A stretch of DNA of 64,000 bases from Callorhinchus milii (GCF_018977255.1 NW_024704743.1:27654001-27718000); one strand, 5' to 3'; counted from the first letter of the stretch, positions 25,656 to 38,115 are shown. Made by a program: numbers and translations. The notes: generated from the sequence alone by a model not told the origin.

Positions 25656-27082
25656 TATTTTGGTTGCCACAATCCTCCATCTTTTGATTTGCTATTGGGC
25701 AACAACTTGTAAAGCCCCAAAGAATGCAATAAAGCTACTACTAATAATAATGCTTGCAATTGATATAATGCCTTTCACTGTGGGAAGATGTATCAAAGTG
25801 TTTCACAGGAATTACTGTAAAGTGAAATGACTGCATTTTGTGAGAGAAATAAAACCTCAGGACGCCCATCCGATGTGAAAGGTGCTATATAAAGGTAATT
25901 TGTGGTTTGTTGTTGACTCGCTCAATAACTGCAATCTATTCAATGTTTCTTGTTACCTCGTGAACTTAGGTTGCAAAGGGGATCTGAGCTTCACCAATTG
26001 CTTCAGAAAGTTATTTTTGTTTGAAAACGAGCAGTGTAGTGATGTAGGCATCATTTATTTAATTGATTCTGCTTCAACATTCACAGAGAATGTGCAAGTG
26101 CTGAATACTATAAAGGACATTCAAAGGCTTATTTCTAGAAATAAAGAGGATGAAAAATCACACTTTTTGTTAATGAACAAGAAATTGATTACTATAGCAG
26201 CAAAATAAGGGAAGACATGAGTTGAATCTGCTTCTCCTCAGCACATGCAATTACCATCCCTTTGTTTTTTTCTGGGCTTAATGCAACAATGCCACTCTAA
26301 GATTTGGTTTTGAATGACAACCAAATTCTAACTGATATCAGGCTGATCATGTTCATGTTGGCAGAGCTCAGCTGAATGAATTGAAATAGTGTGGGACTGT
26401 ACTGATCTCATCTTAATGATTCATCTCAGAGTTACCTTATATGAGTCATTTATTCAAAATGTACCAGGAGGTATTGTTACAGCGAAAGGCATCACATTTA
26501 CCCAGAGGTTATCCAAACCTCCCTCAAAGCTCTTTCTGTTACAGACTTTCCCTCAACCTCACTCAGGTTTTTCCATAAAAAACAAAAGCCTTGTAATTTT
26601 CCATTGGTCAGCCATTTTTCTGATATGGACAGAAACCTATCACAATGCTTAACAGATGAGAATCCAGAAGTGCTTTAATGCGCTGTTTATAAGTGGTGGA
26701 AATTTCCCTGTGTCTGGAACGGAATGTGCACTCTGTTCTAGAAGAACTTAGCTAATTCTGGAGAGTTTAAGGTACTGGTATAAGGCAGTATAAAGTGTTC
26801 CAGAGGTGGTGACGCCATTTCAAAACCTCCCGCCTGGACCAATGGTTGAGACTGCCCGTGCGATGTGACTTCCACGCACTGTTTCTTTTCAAACCATCTA
26901 CAGGCTAAGCAATATTTTTCATCTCTATTTCCACTCGCCAGTTCAAACTCAGGCCAAGTATAGTTTTATTTTTATTGATCTCCTTCCTGTCCTCTCTCAC
27001 TTCTCTCCTTCTCTTTCTCTTTCTCTCTATCTCAAATCCTCTCTGAATTACCTACCAGGTCGGGCAACCTGGTAAATAATAC

Positions 27083-27472
27083 TATGAGGGCCCTTATCCT
27101 CTCTCCCCTCTGCAGTGTCCCCTCTAGCCTCCCGCGGGACCCATGCCTGTGGGCTGACGATGCCTCGCTGATCACTTTGTTCCCAGTCTCGGCGTCTGCA
27201 TTTAAACCCTGAGCCACCCTTGTCCTCTCCGCTCCAACATCGGTGGCTATGCTTTCAGCCACTAAACCCCATAACTCTGGAACTCTCTCCCTCAATCCCT
27301 CGGCCTTGCCCCTCCCTCCCTATTTTCAAATACCGCATAAAGACTTTCCTTTTTGATCGTGCTTACAAACACCTCCCCCCTCCCTCTCCCCCTGGCTCGG
27401 GGTCAGGGCTGTCAAGCGCTCCGGGACGCTACCCCGAGTGAAGGACATTATATAAATGCAAGTTGTTGTTGT
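27083..27472 (+). mobile_element. L2 derivative: 5'-terminal segment fused to 3'-terminal segment
   Basis: 27145-27193 matches the reverse complement of 58824-58871 at 36/49 nt by hand; 27220-27472 is an L2 3' end with (TTG)n tail. Confidence 0.7.
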
Positions 27473-27474
27473 GG

Positions 27475-27825
27475 GAACTAAGGCTTGTGAACACTGAGTG
27501 TGCGTCAATATATTGCTGGAGTTTAACCAGTTAAACTGCTTGGCTTGACATGGTCAGCAATGTCTGGTAAGCGTCCCACTACTTGTTCAGCTTGTACCAC
27601 CCCACTCATCTGTGCTTTTTTCTTGCAGGGTAAACAAGAGCCGAATGGGAAAAATCCCCGTCCCCAATGACTGCTGAAGTGAGGCTGCTGGTCTGGCATC
27701 AGCAGTGCCTTGGAACACTGCACACCTGCCTAACTCATGAGCCAGACTGCTGAGACAGCCACAGAGGGTCGACTCGATTCCAACAAATTGTGTTGCCAGC
27801 TCAACTCCAAGGAGACCCTGCTTAA
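27475..27825 (+). repeat. HERO-like 5' region family copy
   Basis: GCTGGAGTTTAACCAG, GCCACAGAGG and CTCCAAGGAGACCCTG shared with 34226-34760. Confidence 0.75.
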
Positions 27826-28070
27826 AAGCACAGTGAAGATATTTATAATATATGACTGCATATTAAAGCACTCCTGGATTCTCAGGAAGGCAAAGTTGTG
27901 TTGCACACATTCAGAATTCAAAAGATGCTGTAGAATGGTTTGTATTTCTGAGAACCAAAATCGTTTCCTGAAATTGCAATTAGCCTGAAGACAAGCGTTT
28001 TAAATTTTAAGAATTTTGCAAAATTCGTGGACTCAATCTGGAAGTCAATCTTCTAAAAAGCACAGTAAAA

Positions 28071-28814
28071 CCAAAGGGTATTTTTTATCTGAATTTATGG
28101 ATAAATTGATCTTACTATTTTATGATCTTGCTATCTTCTAATCTTGACACCAGCTTCCAAATTAAACTGAATTAAAAACATTAACAAATGCAGCAAAATC
28201 TTTGTTTATAAGGCAATTGTGCTGAGATTAAAACCATGAGAAATGCTAGACATTTCATATTCTTTAGGAACATAGAAAAATGATAATAATAATCCTTGCA
28301 TTTGATATAGGACTTTATCACGTTATTGAAATACCTCAAAGTGCCTCACAGGATTCACTGTAAAGTGAAGTGACTGTGCATTTGTACGCAAATGAGGCAG
28401 CCAGTTACATACAGCAATGTTCCACAAAATAGCCAAGAAGTGAATGATCAGTTGCTGGCCAGAACAGGAGTTGGCCATTCAACCCATTAAGCCTGTCCCA
28501 CTGCTTTCCAAGATCTTGGCTAATCCACATCCTCAATTCCACCTCCCTGCCCTTTGTCCATATCCCTCGATACATCTGTCTATCAAGCAATATTCTGCTT
28601 GTTTTTAAAATGTTTTAATTGATTCGGCCTCCATTGCCCTTTGGGGGAATGAATTCCACATTCCCACCACCCGCTGTGAGAATTTTGTATTCTTATGTCA
28701 GAAAGTGCATTTATTTCTATCCTTGCACCTGTGAGTGTCAAGATTAGAAGATAGCAAGATCATGAAATAGTAAGATCAATTTATCCATAAACTCAGATAA
28801 AAATTACCCTTTGG
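28071..28814. repeat. 80-bp inverted repeat pair (28071-28150 and 28735-28814)
   Basis: 77/80 identity between arm 1 and the reverse complement of arm 2, counted by hand. Confidence 0.95.
28455..28680 (-). mobile_element. CR1 3' fragment; similar pieces at 29372-29620 (minus), 30840-31070 (plus), 54288-54630 (minus)
   Basis: AGGAGTTGGCCATTCAACCC...GAATTCCACATTCCCACCACCC, CR1 3' pattern. Confidence 0.75.
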
Positions 28815-31624
28815 CATCTTTGATCTCATCCTTTCAGCACACCCACCCTACATTAGTCCCATCACAACATCAAGATGTTTTTTTTTTAAAAAAGGAATCC
28901 AGTTTCCTCTTGTTCTGTTGTTTCAATGCATCTAAAGTATTCTTCTAGGTTCACTTTCTCAATTGCATTTAAAATCTTGTATGCAGTATCTGTATAAGGT
29001 CCCCTCTAACACTTGTCAACAATTCAGAACTTGTTCAATTATTGTTCATAGTTCCTCCTCTATCTTTGGGATCTTCATCTTTGCATCCCTCTACATTACC
29101 TCCAAGGCATGGGTAGCTGCCTCATGTCACCACAAGCAGAAATATATGCAGACTGGCCTGAGCTGACTACTGTACATCTTATCTATGATATGTTAGGATC
29201 TCAACTCGATATAGCTCAATTTGTCTCGTTTAATGCTGCCTGGTACTATTTTGATTTGGTGAGCAAAGGAAAATTAGACAAGTATAATTTGTGCTGCTGG
29301 CCTTGCGTATGTTCACTTTTGTTCATAAGGGTGGAATGCGGCCTCACCAGGACAATCAACACATCTGGGCAGAAACATAGGAACAGGGTGAGGCCATTCA
29401 TCCCATCAAACCTGTTCCACCAGTTTTAGATCTTGGCAGATCTTTCATTCCCAATACCTTGCCCTTTCACCATACCCTTTATACTTCTGTGTAAAGGTAT
29501 GGTGCATTGCCGAGCCAAGTGTCTGTACCTCTTTTAAACATCCTTATTGATTCTGTCTCTGCAACATTCTAGGCAAATCACTCCACATCTTTACAAACTT
29601 CTTCCTGATCCCACTGATTAGAGAGACTGAAATCCCTCATAATCAATATTGAAGACTTTGCATCCATCTGTTTGTTGACCTCCCAGAGCAATACATCAAC
29701 CGCTTTCTGATTGCACAGCACAACCCTTTGCTATTTTTGTGGTATTTATTGAAAACAAGCCATGAATTTGAATAGACACAGATGGGATCCCGCTAGATTG
29801 CTAAAAATTAGGTTCAGAATTTTTATGTATCTGAATCATCCTCTGTGTATTTCAATTGAGTCTTTTTCAGTGGCAACTGCAGACAAATGACACATAATTG
29901 TCAAAGAAAAATAACAGTTGTACTTTCTGNTTTTTTGCCTTGAGATTTATAACTAATAGATCAATGGACAAAATCATTATCAGCCATTGATTTATTTCCT
30001 TTACTGTCTGGAAATGAAGCTTTGGCTCCTATAGATTACTATGTAGGCAGTTCACATTTGCAACACATAGTATCCAGAGAGAAGAGAAGCAAGGAGCTAA
30101 TATATGCAGGACAGAGGATAGATTTGATCAATGCAAAGATTTTGAAGAGATTGTTCTCCGTCTCCAGGACAACCCTGAATCCCACAAACTGCAGCAAAGC
30201 AAATAGTTAAATGGCTCAGCTAATCATTTGTAATAAAAGAGCCAAGCAAGTTGTCAAACAATGCGCTCCAATGATGACAACATAACTGTGAAGGAGATAG
30301 TCCACATTCAGCAATAAGGCTAGCACAAGGGCTGGAGTAGAACTCGTGTCCCCGACACCTACTCAGGTCAGAACTGTTCCCTGGTCAGATCGTCGTAGAT
30401 GGAGTATTTGGAGCCTATTGCAATATATCATTGATTTTATGGAATCCCTTTAAGCGTATCTTTAAATATGACAACATAAATATACTTGTTCAATAATAAC
30501 AACAACTGGCATTTATACATTGTCCTTCACACAGGTAGTGTCTCAGAGTGCTTAAATCATGCAATACACATAAGTGTAAAATCTGACAATTTTTTTTCAA
30601 CCATTCCTTGTGCTTATTAAAGCAAATACATTCCTCTCACTTACTCAGTGCCATTGTTCTTTGATGAAAACGAACCTGCTCTCAGCGTGAAGGTCCCAGC
30701 TTTGTTCCCACAGAGCCTGCTCCTCCTGATCAGCTGTTCATTTGCCGACAATAAAAAATAGAGAAAACTGATTTTATGAAATTGTTTTCCTGTTGTGGGC
30801 CATTGGACTGATGTTGTAACTCCATTTCAGGAATTTTAGCTTGACATATTGGGATGTAGAATGTCCTGGCATGTAAGGTGGTATACACATAGTCCATTGT
30901 GGTTTTCAAAAGGGAAGTAAATAGGTATATGAAAGTTAGAGGCTTGAAGGGGTTGTGGGGTTAGGACAGGGCAGTGGAATTGAATGAACAGCTTGCTCTT
31001 TAAGCTGGTGCAGTCTTCATGGGATGAATGGTTTCCATCTATGCTGTGAATTGTCATGATTCTAGGATTCTAGGATAGGAACATAGTTAATTAATGAACA
31101 AAATGTATTTAGGAATACCGTAATCCCCCCATTTTTTATATTAGAGATATGCATTTGTCTGTTTTTATGACATTGTACTTAGAATTTTCAGGTGAATGAC
31201 TGAATATCACAAGCTATCCCTTTCCTAGAAGTATCATTTGTAAGATTTAGTCAATTGAAGTGCAAAGCACAGCAAGCCAGAAGCTCTAATATGGGAGACA
31301 TTGCTCACAATTAAACAGATATTCGATGAGCAGCATCCACAAGTAGGGATTGATGCATTTTAACACATTGCCTGGACCGATAAGGAACTACCTGTAGTAT
31401 AATTCCCAGCAGATGTTCATTTGTCTCTTGCATAATTTCACCATATAACATGACATCAATCAGTACTTTTATGAAAAAGCCTTTTATTTAGCCTTTAAAG
31501 CTGAGCCGTGAGCTCAGGCCGTTCAAGTGCCTGAGTTGAGGAAAGGTTAATCTGAGCACTTTTCTCATAAAACAACTTTCGTGGATTATAAAGGTCCTCA
31601 GTTGTCTTCATAATGGGAACTCAT

Positions 31625-31790
31625 TTTTTTTTAGTCAGCTGGGTGTCAGACACATGCAGAAATCCATCACCATGCTTAAGGGTATCCAAACCAAGCTGAA
31701 AATTCCATGCATCCTTCTACACATAGAAATCCCAGAGATAGATTGTTGGAATGGTATGTGCACTCTCTCCCTGAATGTGTTGGGTTCTGG
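31625..31790 (+). repeat. HERO-like 5' region family end fragment
   Basis: GTCAGCTGGGTGTCAGACACATGCAGAAA...GGTATCCAAACCAAG. Confidence 0.75.
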
Positions 31791-32422
31791 GCAATGAGCA
31801 GACCAGCTTATTCTTTATGTTAGAATATAGTAAAATGCTTATGGCAGGCATAGGGTTAAGTGTAGTTTTGGCGGAAAACATCACATGCTGAAAGATGTTC
31901 TCTGTGGCCTTGTAGACGAGCAGGAGATTACACGGGATGGAGCAGAACTCCCTCAACTCCTTTGATTAAGAGTCCAATGTACAGGGACATTGCTGATAAC
32001 ATTAACCTAAGAGAACAAAGAAGTAAAAAAAAGTATAAGAGTTGGCCGTTAGGGAAAACACGTTAGACGTCTCCAGAGCAAGCTGACAGAGTGGACATCT
32101 GTCCGGGAGTATTGTTCCGTTTTTGCTTAAGCAGAATATAATAAAGTGTATGTGATTTAACCCACACCTCTGCCAATTGGTTTTTACTGAATCCGAACCT
32201 TTGAAGGGAAGTTGCAAATTCCCAACATTTATAGCCTTCCTTCAATTAAGGACCCGAGAGCAGAGAAACCAAAGACACTCAGCAACTCATGCTTTGAAAA
32301 TTATTTACTTAACAAGAATTGTAAAGTTTGTTAGTTCAATTATCACAAATACAACAGAAATGTCAATAGCATAGACAAATGTCTGTATCACAGTAACAGA
32401 ATCATAGTTGGTTGGTCCATAA

Positions 32423-32737
32423 TCCTGTAGCTCAGTGGTTAGAGCACTCGCTTTGCAAGCGAGAGACCTGAGTTCAATTCCAGGCAGGGCAAAACCTTGG
32501 GCAAGTTTCCTTACTCCACACGCCTAATAATAATCCCTCCAAAACAAAAAACAATAATAAATTGGTCATTTTCAATCTACGACTGTTTGTGGGACACTTC
32601 TGTGCACAATTGGCTGCTGCGTCCGCCCACAAATATACAGTCAATTCACTTTACAGTATATTCTGTGAAGCGCTTTGGGACGTCTAGAAGATGTGAAAAG
32701 CGCTATATCAAATGCAAGGATTATTATTATTATTATT
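32423..32737 (+). mobile_element. tRNA-derived SINE, family A, short form, inserted in a CR1 tail
   Basis: A and B boxes, (TTA)n tail, flanking ATAA duplication. Confidence 0.95.
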
Positions 32738-33665
32738 ATAAGAACATAAGAAATAGAAGCAGGAGTAGGCCATTTGACCCCTCGAGCCTAACCCGCCATT
32801 TAATAAGATCATGGCTGATCTTCTAACCTAATTCCATTTACCCGTCCTATCCCCATATCCCTTAATTCCTTTAGTTTTTAAAAATCTTTCGATCTCAGTT
32901 TTGAATATGTTCAATTAATGAGCATCCACAGCCTTCTGGGGTAGAGAATTCCATAAATTCACTACCCTCTGAGTGAAAAAATGTTTTCTCAACTCAGTTC
33001 TAAAGGGCTGACCTTTAATCCTGAGATGATGACCCCTAGTTTTAGATTCCCCAACCAGGGGAAACAGGCTCACACTATCTACCCGGTCAAGACCTTTAAG
33101 AATCTTATGGGTTTCTATAAGATCACCTCTAATTCTTCTATATTCCAGAGAATATAAGCCTAGTCTAGTCAACCACTCCTCGTAAATCAACCCCCTTATC
33201 CCAGGAACCAACCTAATGAACCTATGTTGCACCCCCTCTAAGGTGAGTATATCCTTTCTGAGATAAGGAGACCAAAACTGCACACAATACTCTAGGTGCA
33301 GTCTCACCAAGGCCTTATACATTTGCGGTAAGACTTCCTTACTCTTGTACTCTAACCCCTTTGCAATAAACGTTAAAATGCTATTAGCCTTCCTAATTGC
33401 TTGCTGTAACTGTATACTAACTTTCTGTGATTGGTGTAAAAGGACACCTAAATCCCTCTGAATTCTAATACTATCTAGTCTCTCCCCCTCTAAAAAATAA
33501 TCTGCTTTTCTATTTTTTCTAGCTAGGTGAATAACTTCACACTTCCCCACATTATACTCCATCTGCCACCTTCTTGCCTACTCACTTAACCTGTCTATAT
33601 CCCTTTGCATCCTCCTTGTGCCCTCCTCATAGCTTACTTTCCCACCTAACTTTGTATCGTCCACT
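32738..33665 (-). mobile_element. CR1 3' fragment with an open 215-aa ORF2 C-terminus
   Basis: ORF 32915-33562: NVGKCEVIHL, RDLGVL, LEYCVQFWSPY, RRIRGDLIETHKI, FFTQRVVNLWNSLP; (TTCTTATG)n tail. Confidence 0.97.
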
Positions 33666-34225
33666 AGTTATGTTAGCTTTCCTTCTTCCTCAAATTGCTG
33701 GAATCAACAGAAATTTCAACAGAAATAATCTGACAGATTTCAATCCCAAAGATAACACATTTGCTTCCTCACTTAATGTTGTCACATGAAAGATGGTTCT
33801 TGTGTGCACAGCACCTGATATGCTATGTCCTAGGCTGACCAAAGTATAGTTCAACCATACATCTTTTATAATCGATTTTCCACAGGTAGGTTTGGAATGC
33901 AAAATATTTCCATTCTCATACCCATGAAGCAATTATCTCAAATAAAAAGAATAATAAAATATGCAGAATTGTTACTACACCTGCAGAATTGTTATTGTTA
34001 TAGAAGAACATGAATTGTTAAAAAAAATTCGAATATTTGAATTATTATAGAAAACATCTTTAACACAAACATGAACTTGTTATAGGAAAACTCTTCAGCT
34101 ACCTCAGCTACATTAAACAAGTCACCTTGTCATTTTTCTAGCCAACATAAGCATTTTTAACCATTAATTAAAATAATTCTTTTGTATATTCACAATTTCA
34201 GTTATGAAACAGGATCACAACAGAC

Positions 34226-35230
34226 GGATGCATCCTGCTTACTTAATTCTAGAAAGTATTACGGGCAGGTTGGTAAGTGCCAAGGCTTGTGGTCCCCAGA
34301 GTGTGTGCTGGGGTAATGCTGGAGTCTACCCAGCTAAAACCGTATAGCTTGCCATTCATGTTACTGTCTGGTAATCTTTCCCACTGCTTGTCCAGCTAGG
34401 ACTAATCTATCTGTTAGGACTGTGGCTTGCAGGATTGCTGGAGGGTAGCCATTATCCGGCAAGCTTTCTTGTTGCTTGTCCAGCTAGGACCAAATTACTC
34501 TTTAGAGTTTTGGCTTGCAGGGCTAATAGGGTAATAGTAGCTGAGTGGGATGACTCCCCTCCCCCAGTGACTGGTCTGCCCTTCCAGATCCTGCCAAAGA
34601 GGATGGCTGTGCTGTCATCCGGAGTGCCCTGGAGTACTGCCACAGAGGACTGGCTCGATTCCGACATTCCACTGCCAGACATGTCACCTTAGAGCCAGTT
34701 CAGCTCCAAGGAGACCCTGTTTGCCTCCCCCCCACAAGGAGGATAGTCACTCGTTGGTCATTCGCCATCCAACAAGTGCAGGTTTGAGCCCTCACTAGGT
34801 GGATGGGAGGTACAAGGAACTCCGTTGTGAGCTTCCTGGTGAGTAACACAGCTCAGCATGAAATGTGCGAGACCATTGCCACCATCTTCCTGTCAACAGC
34901 TTGGGCACACGTCCCTTCGCATTGAGCGATAGTTCCGCAAATTGGAGATGCAGAGTTTAAGCAGCAGTTGGTTGCCTCTCCGCAGGCCAATCAAGGTGGA
35001 TTTAGGTGTCGGACATGCAAACGTGTGTTCACAAACTCGGACTCCAGATAACGCCTTCCAGCGGCTGTTGCCCCAAGCCTCAAAGTTTCCTCATCAGCAT
35101 TCTGACAAGCATTGTTTTTCCTTCAGTTTGGTGGGCAGACCTTTGCAGGACAGCTTGTGATGTGCCAGCCACCTTGATGTTCTTGAGGTACAAGTCCAAT
35201 GCTGCGTACCAGGCTTACGTAGCTCAACCT
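34226..35230 (+). mobile_element. Longest HERO-like copy: 5' region plus a degenerate N-terminal zinc-finger
   Basis: Shared repeat 34226-34760, then FRCRTCKRVFT from 35001 and, after a frameshift, KLGLQITPSSGC; clade assignment is from recalled similarity only. Confidence 0.55.
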
Positions 35231-36679
35231 GCAAACAACCATACAACGTAGAAAACATAATACATCACAATATTTGATGCTTTTAGTTACAGATTTATTT
35301 GGGGTATGTACCCTCCATTTTGTCCTCTGCCTCTTGGGCACAACCTAGTAGGTGCTGAGTTTGTTATGTTGGTGCCTTTGGAGTCAATTCTGCCTGTTCA
35401 GATGGATGTTATCTGACATTACCTGAAAAGAGAGTTTTTCCTAGTGTCTTGGTCAACAATCCCCCAGAAAAATAGCTCATCCACTTCATGGTTGGTTGTC
35501 ACTTACAAATACACAGAAACTACACTTAACTACAGGTAGGCGTGAAGCAATATTGAGACATTTCAATGTTATAGGCACAGTATCAAATGCAAGGATAATT
35601 TCTTAACAGGATTTGTCAATTATTTAGCGCTTGTATCATAAGCTCCAGCGATCACTTTTACTCACCTACAGACTGTCGAGAGAGTTTTCCAAGTCTTTGC
35701 TAAAACAGGTCTTGGCACTAAATATGCTCCCTGTCCAGATTGTCAATCGTTCTTCAATTACAAACTATCTGATTCCTATGATAATAGTCATAGCAATTTG
35801 TTTTCATCCTGTCAGAAAGCAATTCTGTAACTCAATAAAAATGACTGTTCTGAATTTCCATTCTCACAGTGATATAAAGTTAGTTTAGTTTTATAATGGC
35901 TTTCTTGTGTTAATTAACATGGTATGAAATGCTGTAAAGGCACCATTGCCTCAGGTTTCTTCTGTCATTTTAAGATTGAGAGGTTTGCCTATTGATCCCA
36001 TAGATTTTGCAGAAGGATTTAAACTACCAGCCAACGCTGACTCACACTGTATGAGTGATTTGTGAAGTAGGAGGTTGAGTAAGATGGCAGTTGTGGGGAT
36101 CATCTGGAGATTTAATTGATGCAGAAACACCATGATTTCAAATTGGAGTCAAATTCCAACCTCAGAGGCAGATAGGCTGTGACAGAGAAATCAGCGGAGG
36201 GGAAGCAAACAAGAATAAGGAGAATAAATCAGACTGAAGGAGTGTAAGCAATCTGAGACACTACCCTGCGTGGAGGGCGCTATATCAGTGCAAGTTGTTG
36301 AAGTTGTGTTGTTGGAAACCCCCCACCACAAAATTAAACTCCAATTCAACAGTGCCATGTATTCTCTTTTCAAATCAGTTTAGCAAGCAGAGTAAAGTCG
36401 ACCTCAATATGGGCACATTATGTGGAGTTGCATCAAAACAGCTGGCAATGAAACTGGGGAAGAAATTTTATGATAAATTCATAACAGAAAGTTGCAAACA
36501 GTGAAATCCTGCTGGCAAGTTGCCCTGTGGTAACTTCACTCTGACATGCTTGGGTGTTTATTGGATTGGAGTTGGTGTCTACGGGATGGAGTGATGCACA
36601 TCTGGCTAACAGCAGGAATCGCTTATATGCGATGTTCTATTATGAATATCACATTTTTGCCCAGCTGTTCAGATATTAT

Positions 36680-37155
36680 TCAAAGCCCTTCACGGGATAT
36701 TCTGTAAAGTGATGTGACTGTGTGTATTTTGTGGGCAAACATGGCAGCAAATTTACATACAGCGATATCGAACAACAGTCATGGAGTGATTGAACAATTT
36801 TATTTGGGGGATCGTTGGTCAAGACACCGGGGGAAACTCCCTTCTCTTTTCAAATAGTGCCATGGGATCTTTAACGTCGACCTGGACAAGCAAGATGGGA
36901 CCTTAGTTTAACATCTCATCCAAAGGACAGCACTCCCGACAATCAACCCCTCACCCCATCACTGCATTAAAATAATAACAATAAATTGGTCACTTCAATC
37001 CACAATTGTTTGTGGGACACTGCTGTGCACAATTGGCTGCCACATTTTTCCCAAAAAATATACAGTCAATTCACTTCACTGTATTTTGTGTGAAGAGCTT
37101 TGAGACATCTCGAAGACGTGATAAAGCGCTATATCAAAAAATGCAGGGATTATTG
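36680..37155. mobile_element. SINE family B (minus, 36680-36965) back-to-back with a SINE 3' module (plus, 36970-37155)
   Basis: Deu-like core at 36850-36945; shared 3' module on both strands. Confidence 0.8.
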
Positions 37156-37348
37156 AAGTGGTAGCATAGACTACATGGGTTCCAAGTTCCGACATGGGGC
37201 ATGAATTCACAATCTTCTGATTCAGACATTGCTACCATCTGAGCTAATATTCTTGGCATTCTGACGTTAACAATTAAAGGTGGAGGCACAAAAGAATGTG
37301 GCTGGATAATGTGATGAAACAGGAGATGTAACAATAGGAGCTTATTTA

Positions 37349-38060
37349 ACAACAACAACATGCATTTATATAGCGACCTCCATGCCGGGCGGCATCTCAG
37401 AGCGCTTAATAATGATGGAGCCCGAGGCCGAGCCAGGGGGAGGGAGAAGGTGACCATAGGTGCGGTCGAAGAGGAAGGTCTTCAGGCGCGACTTGAAGAT
37501 GGGGAAGGAGGGGGCGAGGCGAAGGGGTTGAGGGAGGGAGTTTCAAAGTTTCGGGGCATAGTGCCTGAAGGCATGGCCGCCGATGGTGGAGCGGAGGATT
37601 CGGGGGACACGGAGGAGGCCGGACCCTAGTAGAGTGGAGGCAGCTGGTACTGCTTTGGGGAGAGAGGAGGTTGGCGAAATAGGGGTATGTCAAGGAATTG
37701 AGGGATTTAAACACGAAAGTGAGGATCTTGAAGTCGATGCACTCTGTGACAGGGAGCCAGTGGCAAGGACTGGAGTAAATGGGGTACGAAGTTTGGTGCA
37801 GGTGAGAATGCGGGCAGCGGAGTTTTGAATGAGCTGAATCTTGTGAATAATGGAGAAGGGGATACCGGCGAGGAGGATGCTAGAGTAGTCCAACCAAGAG
37901 GTGACAAAGGCATGGTTAAGGGTTTCGGCAGATTTTGGGGTGAGGTATTGTTGGAGACGGGCAACGTGGCAGAGGTGGAAGAAAGCAGTGCTGGTCAGGG
38001 ACTGGATCTGAGGGAGGAAGGATAACTGGGAATCAAATCTAACCCTTAAGTTGCATATTC
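37349..38060 (-). mobile_element. L2 3' fragment (second subfamily)
   Basis: NLRVRFDSQLSF, HAFVTSWLDY, IQLIQNSAARILT; (CAA)n tail at 37349. Confidence 0.93.
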
Positions 38061-38062
38061 TT

Positions 38063-38115
38063 ACCATTGGCACTTCATACTTTGCAGAGACTGCAAAGTA
38101 TGAAGTGCCAATGGT
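38063..38115. repeat. Perfect 25-bp-arm palindrome with 3-nt loop
   Basis: ACCATTGGCACTTCATACTTTGCAG-AGA-CTGCAAAGTATGAAGTGCCAATGGT. Confidence 0.97.

Noticed and set aside
29930..29930. Single ambiguous base n
   Set aside because: Assembly artefact with no biological signal
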